DNA of 64,000 nucleotides from Promethearchaeota archaeon (GTDB lineage: Archaea > Asgardarchaeota > Lokiarchaeia > Sigyniarchaeales > SOKP01), in NCBI GenBank assembly GCA_048937405.1, contig JBHLNF010000003.1, forward strand, positions 32,001-96,000, in the 5' to 3' direction. The notes beneath the pieces were generated by a model. That model was not told where the DNA came from, did not search any database, and saw only the letters and a list, made by a program, of their open reading frames with translations. The translations under genes were made by a program, and so were the position numbers. This document shows positions 38,729 through 48,803 of the stretch, one piece after another (the first letter of the stretch is position 1; the number at the start of each line of letters is the position of its first letter).

Positions 38729-39838
38729 CTATAAATTCTCTCCATTCACTTCTATACTACCAGTTGAAGTAGTCAAACTTAATATATATAAATTAATTGC
38801 TGAATCATAATCATCTGAAATAATTACTTTACTGGTAGAACTGCCAGATTCAATAAAGCCCCCAAAACCAATAGGTTCATAATCAATTGAACCAGTCGAC
38901 GTTGAAGCTGTGAATTTAGCTCCAATATTTATAGAATTATCTTTATATTCAACATTAATACTTCCTGTAGATGTTTTTATAGCCCCATTAACCTTAGCAG
39001 TTATTTCAACATATTGGATAATATTAACATCGATACTTCCTGTGGATGTAGTAAGGTCCCAATTATAATCATCAGAATATTTCATATTATAACTGTTGAA
39101 TTTTATTGAACCTGTAGAGCATTTTCCAATAAAATTTTTTCCAATTTTAGAATTTGAAAAATTAAGTTTAAGAGAACCTGTTGAAGTATGTGCATTCAAA
39201 CTTTGAGTAAAATCAGTATGTTTCGCATATAATTCTACAGAACCAGTACTTGTGGAGATATCAACATCTCCTAGAAAATTTGTTTGTTCTGCTACATTTA
39301 ATGATACTGAACCTGTAGAAGTTGACAAAATGGTATTATTCAAAATACTATTATTTGGAATATCCATTTTTATAGAGCCAGTACTAGTATGGGCATTTAG
39401 ATCATATATTATATCAGTTCTCAGGATTAAATTAATATTGACTCTTTGAGAAATGCTGAAAGTTAACCAAGTTGAAGCTTTTGCATCCAATATAAAGGAA
39501 ATTATTTGTGAGCTTTCATTTTGCCAAATTATAGGATAAAAGAAATCTTGAAATGATTTTCCCTCAACTAACATTCCTTTTATTCGAATATCTAAATCAA
39601 TTTGAGCATAATAATCGGTTGGTGTTTCATTATAGTTGATTCTTATTGAACCAATATCACAATTTATATTAATTTGTTCGATCAGAGAAGGAGTATTAGG
39701 TTTATAATAAAAAGTGTTTTCATAAGGTACTGATCCCCATGTACTCAATATTAAAACTCCGAATGCGGTTCCTCCAGAGACTATACAAACAGATACAATA
39801 ACCAAAAGAATTCTATTACTTTTTTTCAAATAGATCAC
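38729..39838 (-). CDS. Membrane-anchored DUF4097-like beta-strand repeat protein
   Basis: N-terminal TM; repeated (T/S)STGS(I/V) motif about every 22-26 aa. Confidence 0.75.
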   Translation of the reverse strand: MIYLKKSNRILLVIVSVCIVSGGTAFGVLILSTWGSVPYENTFYYKPNTPSLIEQININCDIGSIRINYNETPTDYYAQIDLDIRIKGMLVEGKSFQDFFYPIIWQNESSQIISFILDAKASTWLTFSISQRVNINLILRTDIIYDLNAHTSTGSIKMDIPNNSILNNTILSTSTGSVSLNVAEQTNFLGDVDISTSTGSVELYAKHTDFTQSLNAHTSTGSLKLNFSNSKIGKNFIGKCSTGSIKFNSYNMKYSDDYNWDLTTSTGSIDVNIIQYVEITAKVNGAIKTSTGSINVEYKDNSINIGAKFTASTSTGSIDYEPIGFGGFIESGSSTSKVIISDDYDSAINLYILSLTTSTGSIEVNGENL

Positions 39839-40038
39839 ATTCTTTAAAATGTTTTAAATTTAAGTTAACACAAATTAAACAGATATTTAAATGAACTTTA
39901 GACTGATTTTTGATTTATAATTAAGAAGTTGAATTGTGTGTCATTAAAGTTGTTCCAATGATCTATTACATAATAATTATAGATCAATCATTAAAAAAAA
40001 TAAATAAGTCTTTTAAAAAAATTCAGAATTTAAGGTAC

Positions 40039-41130
40039 TTAATTGCTTTGTCCATCTATATTTATATTCCCTGTAGTAGTTGTCAGATCAAATAGAAATG
40101 TATAATTTGCACTACTCCAATCAAGTGAACTGAATTGTGTTAATCCAACATTTTCAAATCCACCTGAATTGGTTGGATTGAATTGTCCTGTAGTTGTTGT
40201 GCCTAAAAATGTAGCTCCTATAATAGATGAAGTATCTATATAATCAATATTAATATTTCCTGTTGAAACAACCCCTTCACAGTCGACATTTCCACCCATC
40301 TCTACATTTTGGATTATATCACAATTAATACTTCCTGTTGTAGTTTCAAGATCCCAGTCTACATTCGCTAAACACCTAAAATTATAAGAATTAAATACTA
40401 ATGTTCCTGTGGTTATTTCTGCATCAATATCACCATTTATTAAACAACTAGAAAAGTTCAGTCTAAGATTCCCTGTAGTAGCAGTAGCTATTATACCACT
40501 AGTAAAATTTGACTTTTTTGCATATACAGATATTTCTCCGGTGGTTGCTTCTATTCTAAAACTCCTAACTGATGCTTGATCTAAATTAATCAACGAATTG
40601 CCTGTAGTAGTCTCAAGATATAATCCATCAATAGTTACCTCATTTGGAATATCATTAACCATCTTACCTGTAGTAGCATACTCTTCTATTGAATAGATAA
40701 GATCCGTTCGAAGAGTCACATTAATTTCAATTTGCTTTATGGAGAACCAATTTGTTGGGTCTAAAGAAACTCCAGGTTTAGTTCTTAAAACAAAAGTTGT
40801 TTTATCACTCGCAACGTACGTTATATTATCCCATTCAATTACGAAAAAGTCTGTTATTGACTTTCCAATCATATACGTACCACTCATTCTTATGTTATAA
40901 TCTACTTTAACTACATTTTCAGTTTCACTTGTGTTATATCTTACATTGATCTTTCCAATATCAGTTCGTATTAGGATTGGTTCTGGAGATCGAATTAAAC
41001 CTGGAGTATAAAATTGGGAACCTGAAGAAAAAATCGTACCATAGGTTAAAAATCCAATCAGGAAAAATAATCCTGTACCTGTTGCCACTAAAACTGCTAT
41101 TATTATTCCTATAATTTTACCTCTTCTCAT
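40039..41130 (-). CDS. Membrane-anchored DUF4097-like beta-strand repeat protein (tandem paralog)
   Basis: N-terminal TM; repeated TTG motif; shares DIG.I.(I/V).YN and LRTD.IY with its neighbour. Confidence 0.75.
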   Translation of the reverse strand: MRRGKIIGIIIAVLVATGTGLFFLIGFLTYGTIFSSGSQFYTPGLIRSPEPILIRTDIGKINVRYNTSETENVVKVDYNIRMSGTYMIGKSITDFFVIEWDNITYVASDKTTFVLRTKPGVSLDPTNWFSIKQIEINVTLRTDLIYSIEEYATTGKMVNDIPNEVTIDGLYLETTTGNSLINLDQASVRSFRIEATTGEISVYAKKSNFTSGIIATATTGNLRLNFSSCLINGDIDAEITTGTLVFNSYNFRCLANVDWDLETTTGSINCDIIQNVEMGGNVDCEGVVSTGNINIDYIDTSSIIGATFLGTTTTGQFNPTNSGGFENVGLTQFSSLDWSSANYTFLFDLTTTTGNINIDGQSN

Positions 41131-41237
41131 TTAATCAAATCACACTTTTTTAAGAATATTTTAATTGAATTAATAATACTCACATTCAAATAAAAATTAC
41201 TACAATTCCAACTAAAAAAAATATTTGAGTACCAATT

Positions 41238-42173
41238 TTAGGATTCAATTTTTAAATTAAAAAAATTAATAGCATTTTCTACTGTTTTTTCACTCACTGA
41301 CTGTTGGGAAACATCATGAGAATAAGCAATAGCTGCAATAGAATATCTCACATTTGATGGAACATTTATAGGACCTCTTTCAAATGGATGTTGATAATAG
41401 GAATCTGTTTCTGTAAGTAATGATTCTAATGGAGAAAATTTCGAAACTTTTCGCCATCTGTCAAATCCATAAGCAGAACTTGGAACTGATAACATGAAAT
41501 CTTGATTTGGTAGAGTTCTTCCATATTCTACAGGTCCTGAAAAACAGTGCCACATAACCTTTTTAGGGTCAATTTTAAATTCCTCCAAAATACAAAGAAT
41601 TTCCTTATTAGCGCCATCTCTTTTATTAAACCTATGTTTTGGATTTTGTCTATCGAATTCATTTTCAGCAGCATTCCTGACGTGTAGAACATATGGTTTA
41701 TTAAGTTCCTTTGTTAATTCGAAAATTTTTCTTAATTCATCAACTTGATTATTTCTTTTTTCTAAAGTTTTTGCGTGGTGAAAATCTAATCCAATTTCAC
41801 CAATCCCTAGATATTTTTCAGTTTGATTCCGAATAAAATCAATCCATTTTTTCCATTCTAAATCATAGATATTTTTTGGAGTGTATGTTACTGTTTGAGG
41901 TGCCCAACCGCATGTAAATCCAAAATTCTTATCATACTTCTTCATGAAGTTTAATGTTAAATCCAAAGTCTGTATATCTATTGTGCTCGTAATTAAAAAT
42001 TGACCACCCATTTTAAAGAAACTTAAAATTTGATCCTCGTTTGAGGGTAGTTTATCATTTTTAGGACGATGAAAAGGCAAATGACAATGAACATCAATAA
42101 ACTTTAGATTACTTTCAGGCTCTGGAATCTTTACATTTTTTGACATTCTAATTTTTAATAAGAATTCTCTCAT
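41238..42173 (-). CDS. TatD-family metallohydrolase
   Basis: IDVHCH, IGEIGLD, LHVR, WHCFSG, LTETDS. Confidence 0.88.
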   Translation of the reverse strand: MREFLLKIRMSKNVKIPEPESNLKFIDVHCHLPFHRPKNDKLPSNEDQILSFFKMGGQFLITSTIDIQTLDLTLNFMKKYDKNFGFTCGWAPQTVTYTPKNIYDLEWKKWIDFIRNQTEKYLGIGEIGLDFHHAKTLEKRNNQVDELRKIFELTKELNKPYVLHVRNAAENEFDRQNPKHRFNKRDGANKEILCILEEFKIDPKKVMWHCFSGPVEYGRTLPNQDFMLSVPSSAYGFDRWRKVSKFSPLESLLTETDSYYQHPFERGPINVPSNVRYSIAAIAYSHDVSQQSVSEKTVENAINFFNLKIES

Positions 42174-42237
42174 AAATTATGTTTAGTTAAATTTTTAAAT
42201 GAGTTGAAGTATTAAGATTTTATCAAATCTATTTAGA

Positions 42238-43166
42238 ATGAATTAAAGATGAACAGAAAAAACGGATAGAATTGATGGAAATTCAAAATTTCTTAATATT
42301 ATAGTAAATTTTGCAATTTCATTAATGATTTTTGTAATTATATATTTTTTAGCCATAATCCAGCACGAAAAAAACACTCCGGAACCTTTAATTCCAATAG
42401 AATACGTTAAATATTTTGTAGCAATATTGCCTGGGGAACTATGGACAGATACAATTCTATTGTATATTTTTGCGTTGATTGCATTTGGAATTTTTTATTT
42501 AATTGCTCCATATATTACTACTTTCTTACTAAAACAACATAGATTAATATAGAGATCTAAAAAAAAATTTCATTATGGGATTATAGAACTAGGAAAACAA
42601 GTTAAACCTTTTACTTTATTCATAAGATCTGTTATAGCTAGTCTTTTTGCTTTTACAGTTAGTGCTTTGATGGTTCAAGCAGGTTTAAGATCATTATTTA
42701 GAGCAGGTGAATTTATAAGTCCTGCTTTAAATGAAGCGGAAGCTATTTTTTTGGTACATTTTTTATTATTTCTTTTGTTCTTTTAATATTTTTCCCAATA
42801 TGGTTTTTAGAAGCCTCAGGAGTTGTAATATGCAAACTCTATAAGGGACAGAGAAGACCACCTGTTATTGAAGGTACTTATGCACCGTATGTAAATATAC
42901 TACAAGGTTATGCAGGAATTTCAACAATTATAATATTAATAACTTACATTTTTGCTACTATCAAAGAATCTGGTTTAGGAAATGCGATTTTAACACCTAT
43001 AATTTTAATATTTCTTCCATTTATTATAACTGGACTTTTTGCATTTCCAATGTATATTTATGAACGTACATTACCAAAACTTTTAAGTCGAATTCAAAAT
43101 AGCCTTGAGAAATTAAACTTATCTGAGATAACCATCCCAACATTTAAGGATATGAAAAAAACTTAA
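42238..43166 (+). pseudogene. Disrupted multi-TM membrane protein gene
   Basis: The frame reads through TAG at 42550-42552 (RSKKKFHYGIIELG...EAEAIF), frameshifts in the T-run near 42750 and continues ...FFPIWFLEASGVV...PPVIEG...GYAGISTII...KKT* to 43166. The 5' end is also interrupted. Confidence 0.7.
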
Positions 43167-43271
43167 AACCTTTTTTTTTTCTTTTTATAGAATTTTCATA
43201 ATAAGTTCTATATACTTTTCCTGTATAACTTTAACTAATTCTTTAAATAATGTTGTTGATTTAAGAGTATT

Positions 43272-43685
43272 ATGATTGATAAGTTAAAATCCATGCTTAA
43301 AGAGTTAGAAATTAAAAAAAAAGAACTGCAACCAAAAATCAATGAGATTAATTTGAAGCGAGAGGAAGAAATTCAAAAAATAAATCAAAAATATGATCAT
43401 TTGTTATATGATGTTAATTATACAACACGGCAATTAGAAAATGAATTTTATAATGATCTAATCAAATCATTTATAATGATTGTTACCCGAGAATTTGATT
43501 TAAAAAGGAGTTCAGATATATATGACATATCCAATGAATTCAAGGTTTACAAAGATGAAATTGCTCAATTTTCCGAATTTCCTGAAGACTTAATCGAGAA
43601 GATGGATAAAGTTATAAATGGTGCCCCTATTGAGAATATCATGTATGAGCTTGAAAAAATTCAAAAGAAATTCATGAAACCTTAG
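43272..43685 (+). CDS. Coiled-coil hypothetical protein
   Basis: 137 aa, E/K-rich heptads. Confidence 0.65.
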   Translation: MIDKLKSMLKELEIKKKELQPKINEINLKREEEIQKINQKYDHLLYDVNYTTRQLENEFYNDLIKSFIMIVTREFDLKRSSDIYDISNEFKVYKDEIAQFSEFPEDLIEKMDKVINGAPIENIMYELEKIQKKFMKP

Positions 43686-43835
43686 ATTCTAATATCTCCT
43701 TATTTAATTTATATAATATTAACTATTCTGAAAGAAATACAGAACTAATTATATAATATTTAGATATCACTTAGATAAATATGTGTAATTAATTCTCTTG
43801 AAATATAGAACGTTACAATAATAGGTAAAATTAGA

Positions 43836-43979
43836 ATGGAGTTATTTGAGGAAGAAGTTGAAATTTATAATTCTAAAATGCGCCTTTTAAGTTGGTTATA
43901 TGATGAATTAAGGATTCAATCAGATACATCTAAAGATGTAATTAATGAAAAAGGTCAAAAATTACCATTAAACTTATAA
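43836..43979 (+). CDS. Possible small protein (47 aa)
   Basis: ATG-started frame MELFEEEVEIYNSKMRLLSWLYDELRIQSDTSKDVINEKGQKLPLNL*, below the ORF-track cutoff. Confidence 0.3.
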   Translation: MELFEEEVEIYNSKMRLLSWLYDELRIQSDTSKDVINEKGQKLPLNL

Positions 43980-44546
43980 ATTCTTCTTTAAATATAATTT
44001 AATAATTACACTTATTATTATCTGAATTTTTTCAACAAGTTCTAATAAATCTCCCTTATTTGGAATGTGAATAAAAATAACAGGATATTCTTTTTTTGAT
44101 ATATAAAGAGCCCAGTAATAAAGATAATTACATAAATAATAACCAGCAAAATGAGAGATTGAAATATTTATTTCTTTATTAAGAATAAAATAAGCTTTTT
44201 CTATATTTAACGTCGTTTTAATCCAAGGGTAGAAGGAATATTTTATGGGCCCAAATTTAAATTTATTATCAATATCTTTTCCCATTTTAAAATTCCATCC
44301 TATTTTTTCAAGATGAAACTTATTACTTAGATGAATACCTAAAAGAATTATTAATAGAGGATTTGATGATATTTTTAAAAAAATGTCCTTATAAGTTCTA
44401 ATACTTCTTTTCCAGCTAACAGGTATAATTTCTTTTACAATTGATAGCCCTTCATTTTCAATTGAGAATCTCTTGATAATTTCACCACTCAAATTGATAG
44501 GAAAATTATCATATGATCCAAATCCTGTTAAAATTAAAGTTTTCAA
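43974..44546 (-). CDS. Pyroglutamyl-peptidase I (C15) family
   Basis: LTGFGSY...N.S, LEK, AGYYLCNYLYY, FIHIP (Glu-Cys-His triad). Confidence 0.8.
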   Translation of the reverse strand: MKTLILTGFGSYDNFPINLSGEIIKRFSIENEGLSIVKEIIPVSWKRSIRTYKDIFLKISSNPLLIILLGIHLSNKFHLEKIGWNFKMGKDIDNKFKFGPIKYSFYPWIKTTLNIEKAYFILNKEINISISHFAGYYLCNYLYYWALYISKKEYPVIFIHIPNKGDLLELVEKIQIIISVIIKLYLKKNL

Positions 44547-44635
44547 TTTCTTTAAGAAAAAAAATTTTAATAGATAAGTTAAAAATTAAAAAAAAGATTA
44601 CTAAGGGAGTTGTTATATTGATTATTTCTTTTTTA

Positions 44636-45052
44636 TTATTCTGCCATTTCTTTAGCTTTAGCTTTTTCTATAGCGGAAATTTCTTTTTGTAAAGCTTTAA
44701 TTTCTGATTGAACTGCTTTAACGCTAGCTTTCTTCTCCCCTTCAATTTCTTTCAATTTAGCGTTTAAAGCTTTTTCTTTTTCACTTTTTAAGGTTTTAAG
44801 CGTTTTATCTGCCTCTTTTGCAGCAGTAATTCTTTCTTTCTTTTTAGCAGCCCATTCTGCTGCTTTCTCAATAGCTTCCTCTTTTAAACCTTCTGCGTCT
44901 TTCAACTTTGCTTCAGCATTCTCAATTTTAGGATTATATTCCCCTTCTATTTCACTTTCTGCAGAAGCCTCTTTTTTAGATGCTTCTTCTTCAATACGAG
45001 TAATTTCATCTTCTTTGGCACTAATTTGCCCTCTTAAATTTTCTTCGGACAT
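44636..45052 (-). CDS. Ala/Glu/Lys-rich all-coiled-coil protein
   Basis: 138 aa of continuous heptads, almost no aromatic residues. Confidence 0.7.
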   Translation of the reverse strand: MSEENLRGQISAKEDEITRIEEEASKKEASAESEIEGEYNPKIENAEAKLKDAEGLKEEAIEKAAEWAAKKKERITAAKEADKTLKTLKSEKEKALNAKLKEIEGEKKASVKAVQSEIKALQKEISAIEKAKAKEMAE

Positions 45053-45235
45053 AAAACATCATTTTTTTTTATTTTTTTTTTATTGTTAAAATATAATATA
45101 TTTTCAGTTCTATTAAATGAATAGCATGTTATAATAGTGTTAGGTTTGTCATCCTTTTAAACTTTTTATCAAATTTTTTTCGAATGTTTTACAAAATTAT
45201 TGCTTTTGGGTGTATTTTCTATTGTTTTATTATGA

Positions 45236-45273
45236 TCATCGATTATGGATAGATCCAGAGTGGTAATCGATGA
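45236..45273. repeat. Inverted repeat / stem-loop
   Basis: TCATCGATTA...TAATCGATGA 10-bp arms enclosing TGGAT-AG-ATCCA. Confidence 0.6.
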
Positions 45274-45303
45274 ATATAATATAAGCTATATCTCTTGTTT
45301 CCA

Positions 45304-45837
45304 CTATGCTTCCGAATTAATCGTGAATTCCCATGCACAAAAATAATTTTCAGGGTGTGATCCTGGAGGACAAGCAATACATTTAGTTTTTATTCGAGTA
45401 TCTATGGTGCTTGCAAATAATCCATATTCTATTATACCTACTGGTTTACATGGAAAATCTGGAAGGCCTCTACGCTTTCTAGAAGATTGAACACGGCAAT
45501 TATTCATTCTGAACACACATCTATTATCAGTAATCTCAATTATTTCCTGTTTATTAATATTTGCATATACTCTGTATTTCAAGGCCTTTATTAAAGCAGG
45601 AATTCCCCCATTTTTAGGAATTTTGAATCGATCCATGATTCTTTTTGCTTCAATTACTGTAAATCTTTCCCATTGCTTAACATCAAGTTCTATGGCCTTT
45701 TCAAGACCGTATTCTCTTTCTACAACTTGAAACCAAGTTCCATCAATTGCGAGCCAATTTTTGGATAGATCTTCAATATAATCCAATAATTCCTCTTTTG
45801 AAAGTGATTGTAAATCTCTTCTCATATCAATTATCAC
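45304..45837 (-). CDS. DUF6125-like protein (metal-binding Cys pattern)
   Basis: WLAIDGTWF, CRVQ..R.RRG...FPCK, CIACPP..HP...CAWEF. Confidence 0.75.
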   Translation of the reverse strand: MIIDMRRDLQSLSKEELLDYIEDLSKNWLAIDGTWFQVVEREYGLEKAIELDVKQWERFTVIEAKRIMDRFKIPKNGGIPALIKALKYRVYANINKQEIIEITDNRCVFRMNNCRVQSSRKRRGLPDFPCKPVGIIEYGLFASTIDTRIKTKCIACPPGSHPENYFCAWEFTINSEA

Positions 45838-46037
45838 TATAAAGTTAAAAGCTAATTAGGAGAATCATTTAAAATTTAAAAAGTTGAACCAAAATGATGG
45901 GTAAATTGGTAGATTAATTATTATAATATGGTATAATAGTTGATTTCAAAAGTAAAATTTAATAACATTTTAATTTTAATTATTTTAGAATCTATTTTAT
46001 CCGGAAAAGTAATTATTAAAAGAATAGAGGAATAAAA

Positions 46038-47963
46038 ATGGGAAAAACACTCACAGAAAAAATTTTAGAAAATCATTTGGTTGAAGGAAATTTAGAAAAA
46101 GGTACAGAAATAGCTATTAAAATTGACCAAACTTTAACCCAAGATGCAACTGGTACTATGGCTTATTTACAATTTGAATCGATGGGTGTCCCTAGGGTTC
46201 AAACCGAATTATCAGTAAGTTATGTTGATCATAATACATTACAGACTGATTTCAAAAATCCTGATGATCATAGATATCTCCAAAGTATTGCTGCAAAATA
46301 TGGGTTATATTTTTCACGTCCTGGAAATGGCATTTGTCATCAAGTACATCTTGAACGATTTGCTCGTCCAGGAAGAACATTATTGGGCAGTGATAGTCAT
46401 ACACCAACAGGAGGAGGTGTTGGTTCAATTGCGATTGGAGCGGGTGGACTTGATGTAGCAGCCGCTATGGCAGGAGAACCCTTTAGATTAAAAATGCCTA
46501 AAGTTGTCAAAGTGTACCTCACAGGAAATCTTCCTGATTTTGTTTCAGCAAAAGATGTGATTTTAGAGGTATTGAGAAGAATTGGTGTAAAAGGGGCGGT
46601 AAATAAGGTACTAGAATATACTGGCCCAGGAATAAAGACATTAACAGTCCCAGAAAGAGGAACAATAACTAATATGGGAACCGAGACTGGTGCTACAACA
46701 TCAATTTTCCCCTCGGACGATGTTACTAAAGAATTTTTAGAAGCTCAGAAGAGAGGAGATCAATGGATTAAATTATTACCTGACGAAGATGCCAGTTATG
46801 ATGTAATAATCGAGATAAATTTAAATGAATTGGAACCACTTATTGCTGAACCTCATAGCCCAGGGAATGTTAAAACTGTTAAAGAATTAGAGGGGTTGAA
46901 CGTAGATCAAGTATGTATTGGAAGTTGTACTAATTCTTCTCTAAGAGATCTTAAAATTGTTGCTAATATGTTAAAAGGGAAAACTATACATCTAAATACC
47001 GTTTTAACGGTATCTCCTGGTTCTCGACAAGTTGTAGATCATATGATAGAATCTGGTGAAATGGGTTATTTGGTAAAAGCAGGAGCTAGAATTTTAGAAA
47101 ATGCATGTGGTCCATGCATTGGAATGGGTCTAGCTCCTAAAAGTGAAGCTGTTTCTTTAAGAACTTTCAATAGAAACTTTCTTGGGAGATCAGGAACAAA
47201 AAGTGCTAATGCTTATTTAGTAAGTCCTGAAACTGCTGCTATTGCAGCAATTGAAGGTAAAATAACAGATCCTAGAAGGTTTGGTAGCTTGCCCAAAATA
47301 GAAATACCTAAACGGTTTATGGTTAATGATAATATGATTGTTCCGCCATTACCTCCTGAAGAGGCTAAAAATATAGAAATTGTTAGAGGTCCAAATATAA
47401 AACCTTTACCAGAATTTAAACCTTTACCAGAAAAATTAGAAGGGGAAGTTCTTTTAAAAGTTGAGGATGACATAACAACAGATCATATTATGCCAGCTGG
47501 AGCAAAAATATTACCTTTAAGAAGTAATATTCCAGAGATTAGTAAATTTGTCTTCAATGTGGTGGATGAAGCATTTCATGATAGATCTCTTGAAAAGGGA
47601 GGAGGATTTATTATTGGAGGAGAAAATTACGGCCAAGGTTCAAGTCGAGAGCATGCAGCAATTGCACCTAAATACTTAGGAATTAAAGCTGTAATAGTTA
47701 AGAGTTTTGCACGTATTCATTTAGCAAATCTAGTAAATTTTGGAATTGTGCCATTAACTTTTGTAAATAAAGAAGATTATAACAATATTGAAGCTGGTGA
47801 TCAATTTGAGATTGATTTATCGAATATCAAATCTGGTAAAGTTTCACTGAAAAATAAAACTAAAAATTTAGATATCGAGTTAACTCATTCACTAAGTGAG
47901 CAAGATTTAGAAGAATTAATGGCTGGAGGGAAGTTGACTCTTATAAAACAAAAACACATATAA
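46038..47963 (+). CDS. Aconitate hydratase (short single-chain type)
   Basis: QDATGT, YVDHN, GICHQV, GSDSHT, IGSCTN, CGPCIG, RTFNRNF.GRSG, TTDHI, NYGQGSSREHAA. Confidence 0.95.
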   Translation: MGKTLTEKILENHLVEGNLEKGTEIAIKIDQTLTQDATGTMAYLQFESMGVPRVQTELSVSYVDHNTLQTDFKNPDDHRYLQSIAAKYGLYFSRPGNGICHQVHLERFARPGRTLLGSDSHTPTGGGVGSIAIGAGGLDVAAAMAGEPFRLKMPKVVKVYLTGNLPDFVSAKDVILEVLRRIGVKGAVNKVLEYTGPGIKTLTVPERGTITNMGTETGATTSIFPSDDVTKEFLEAQKRGDQWIKLLPDEDASYDVIIEINLNELEPLIAEPHSPGNVKTVKELEGLNVDQVCIGSCTNSSLRDLKIVANMLKGKTIHLNTVLTVSPGSRQVVDHMIESGEMGYLVKAGARILENACGPCIGMGLAPKSEAVSLRTFNRNFLGRSGTKSANAYLVSPETAAIAAIEGKITDPRRFGSLPKIEIPKRFMVNDNMIVPPLPPEEAKNIEIVRGPNIKPLPEFKPLPEKLEGEVLLKVEDDITTDHIMPAGAKILPLRSNIPEISKFVFNVVDEAFHDRSLEKGGGFIIGGENYGQGSSREHAAIAPKYLGIKAVIVKSFARIHLANLVNFGIVPLTFVNKEDYNNIEAGDQFEIDLSNIKSGKVSLKNKTKNLDIELTHSLSEQDLEELMAGGKLTLIKQKHI

Positions 47964-48003
47964 AGAAATAACAGATTTTTTTTTTTCAAATTTTATTAAT
48001 ACA

Positions 48004-48786
48004 GTGTTTGATAAAATGTTTAAACAAGATCCAAAAAAGCGTTTTTCTTCAAGAGTAGAACAATATGTGAAATTTAGACCTTCTTATCCAAAAGAAATCA
48101 TTCCATTCTTAAAAAAAAAACAAATATTATCAAAAAATTCCGTAATTGCTGATATAGGATCAGGTACAGGCATTTTAAGCGAAATTTTTTTAAAGGAAGG
48201 GAACAAGGTCTATGGAATTGAACCAAACATTGATATGAGAAAAGCTGGAGAAGTTCAACTAAAAAAATACTCTAATTTTATAAGTATTGACGGTTCAGCT
48301 GAAAATTCTTTGCTCGAATCTAAAAGTGTTGATATCATTACTGTAGGACAAGCTTTCCATTGGTTTGATTTAGATAAAACAAAAATCGAATTTTCGAGAA
48401 TTCTTAAACCTAATGGTTGGGTTGTTTTGATTTGGAATCATCGAAATAATCAGAATAATGAGTTTTTAAAGGACTATGAAAAATTTCTCATAAAGTTTGG
48501 GACAGACTTTAGCAATATCGAAAAAAGAATACAAGATTGTCAAAAATTTTTCGGAGGAAATCATCTAGAGAAGACATATGAATATCAAATGTTTTATAAT
48601 TCTCAAATTTTCGATTATAAAGGTTTAGAAGGTAGAGTACTTTCTACTTCTTATCTTCCTTTAGCAGATCATCCTTTATTTAATTCAATGATTATTGAAC
48701 TAAAGGAACTTTTTGAGAAGCATCAACAAAATGGTTCAGTTAAATTTGAATATAAGACAGAAGTTTTTTACGGACAGTTAATATAG
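48004..48786 (+). CDS. Class I SAM-dependent methyltransferase
   Basis: YVKFRPSYP, DIGSGTG, IEPN, GQAFHWF. Confidence 0.9.
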   Translation: MFDKMFKQDPKKRFSSRVEQYVKFRPSYPKEIIPFLKKKQILSKNSVIADIGSGTGILSEIFLKEGNKVYGIEPNIDMRKAGEVQLKKYSNFISIDGSAENSLLESKSVDIITVGQAFHWFDLDKTKIEFSRILKPNGWVVLIWNHRNNQNNEFLKDYEKFLIKFGTDFSNIEKRIQDCQKFFGGNHLEKTYEYQMFYNSQIFDYKGLEGRVLSTSYLPLADHPLFNSMIIELKELFEKHQQNGSVKFEYKTEVFYGQLI

Positions 48787-48803
48787 TTTAAAATTATTTT
48801 TGG

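Noticed and set aside
35295-41130. CRISPR-like periodicity
   Set aside because: The periodic signals are protein-coding repeats (LRR, TSTGS solenoid), not identical DNA repeats with unique spacers
42550-42552. Pyrrolysine readthrough at the in-frame TAG
   Set aside because: The same gene has a frameshift and a broken start, and it is not a methylamine methyltransferase
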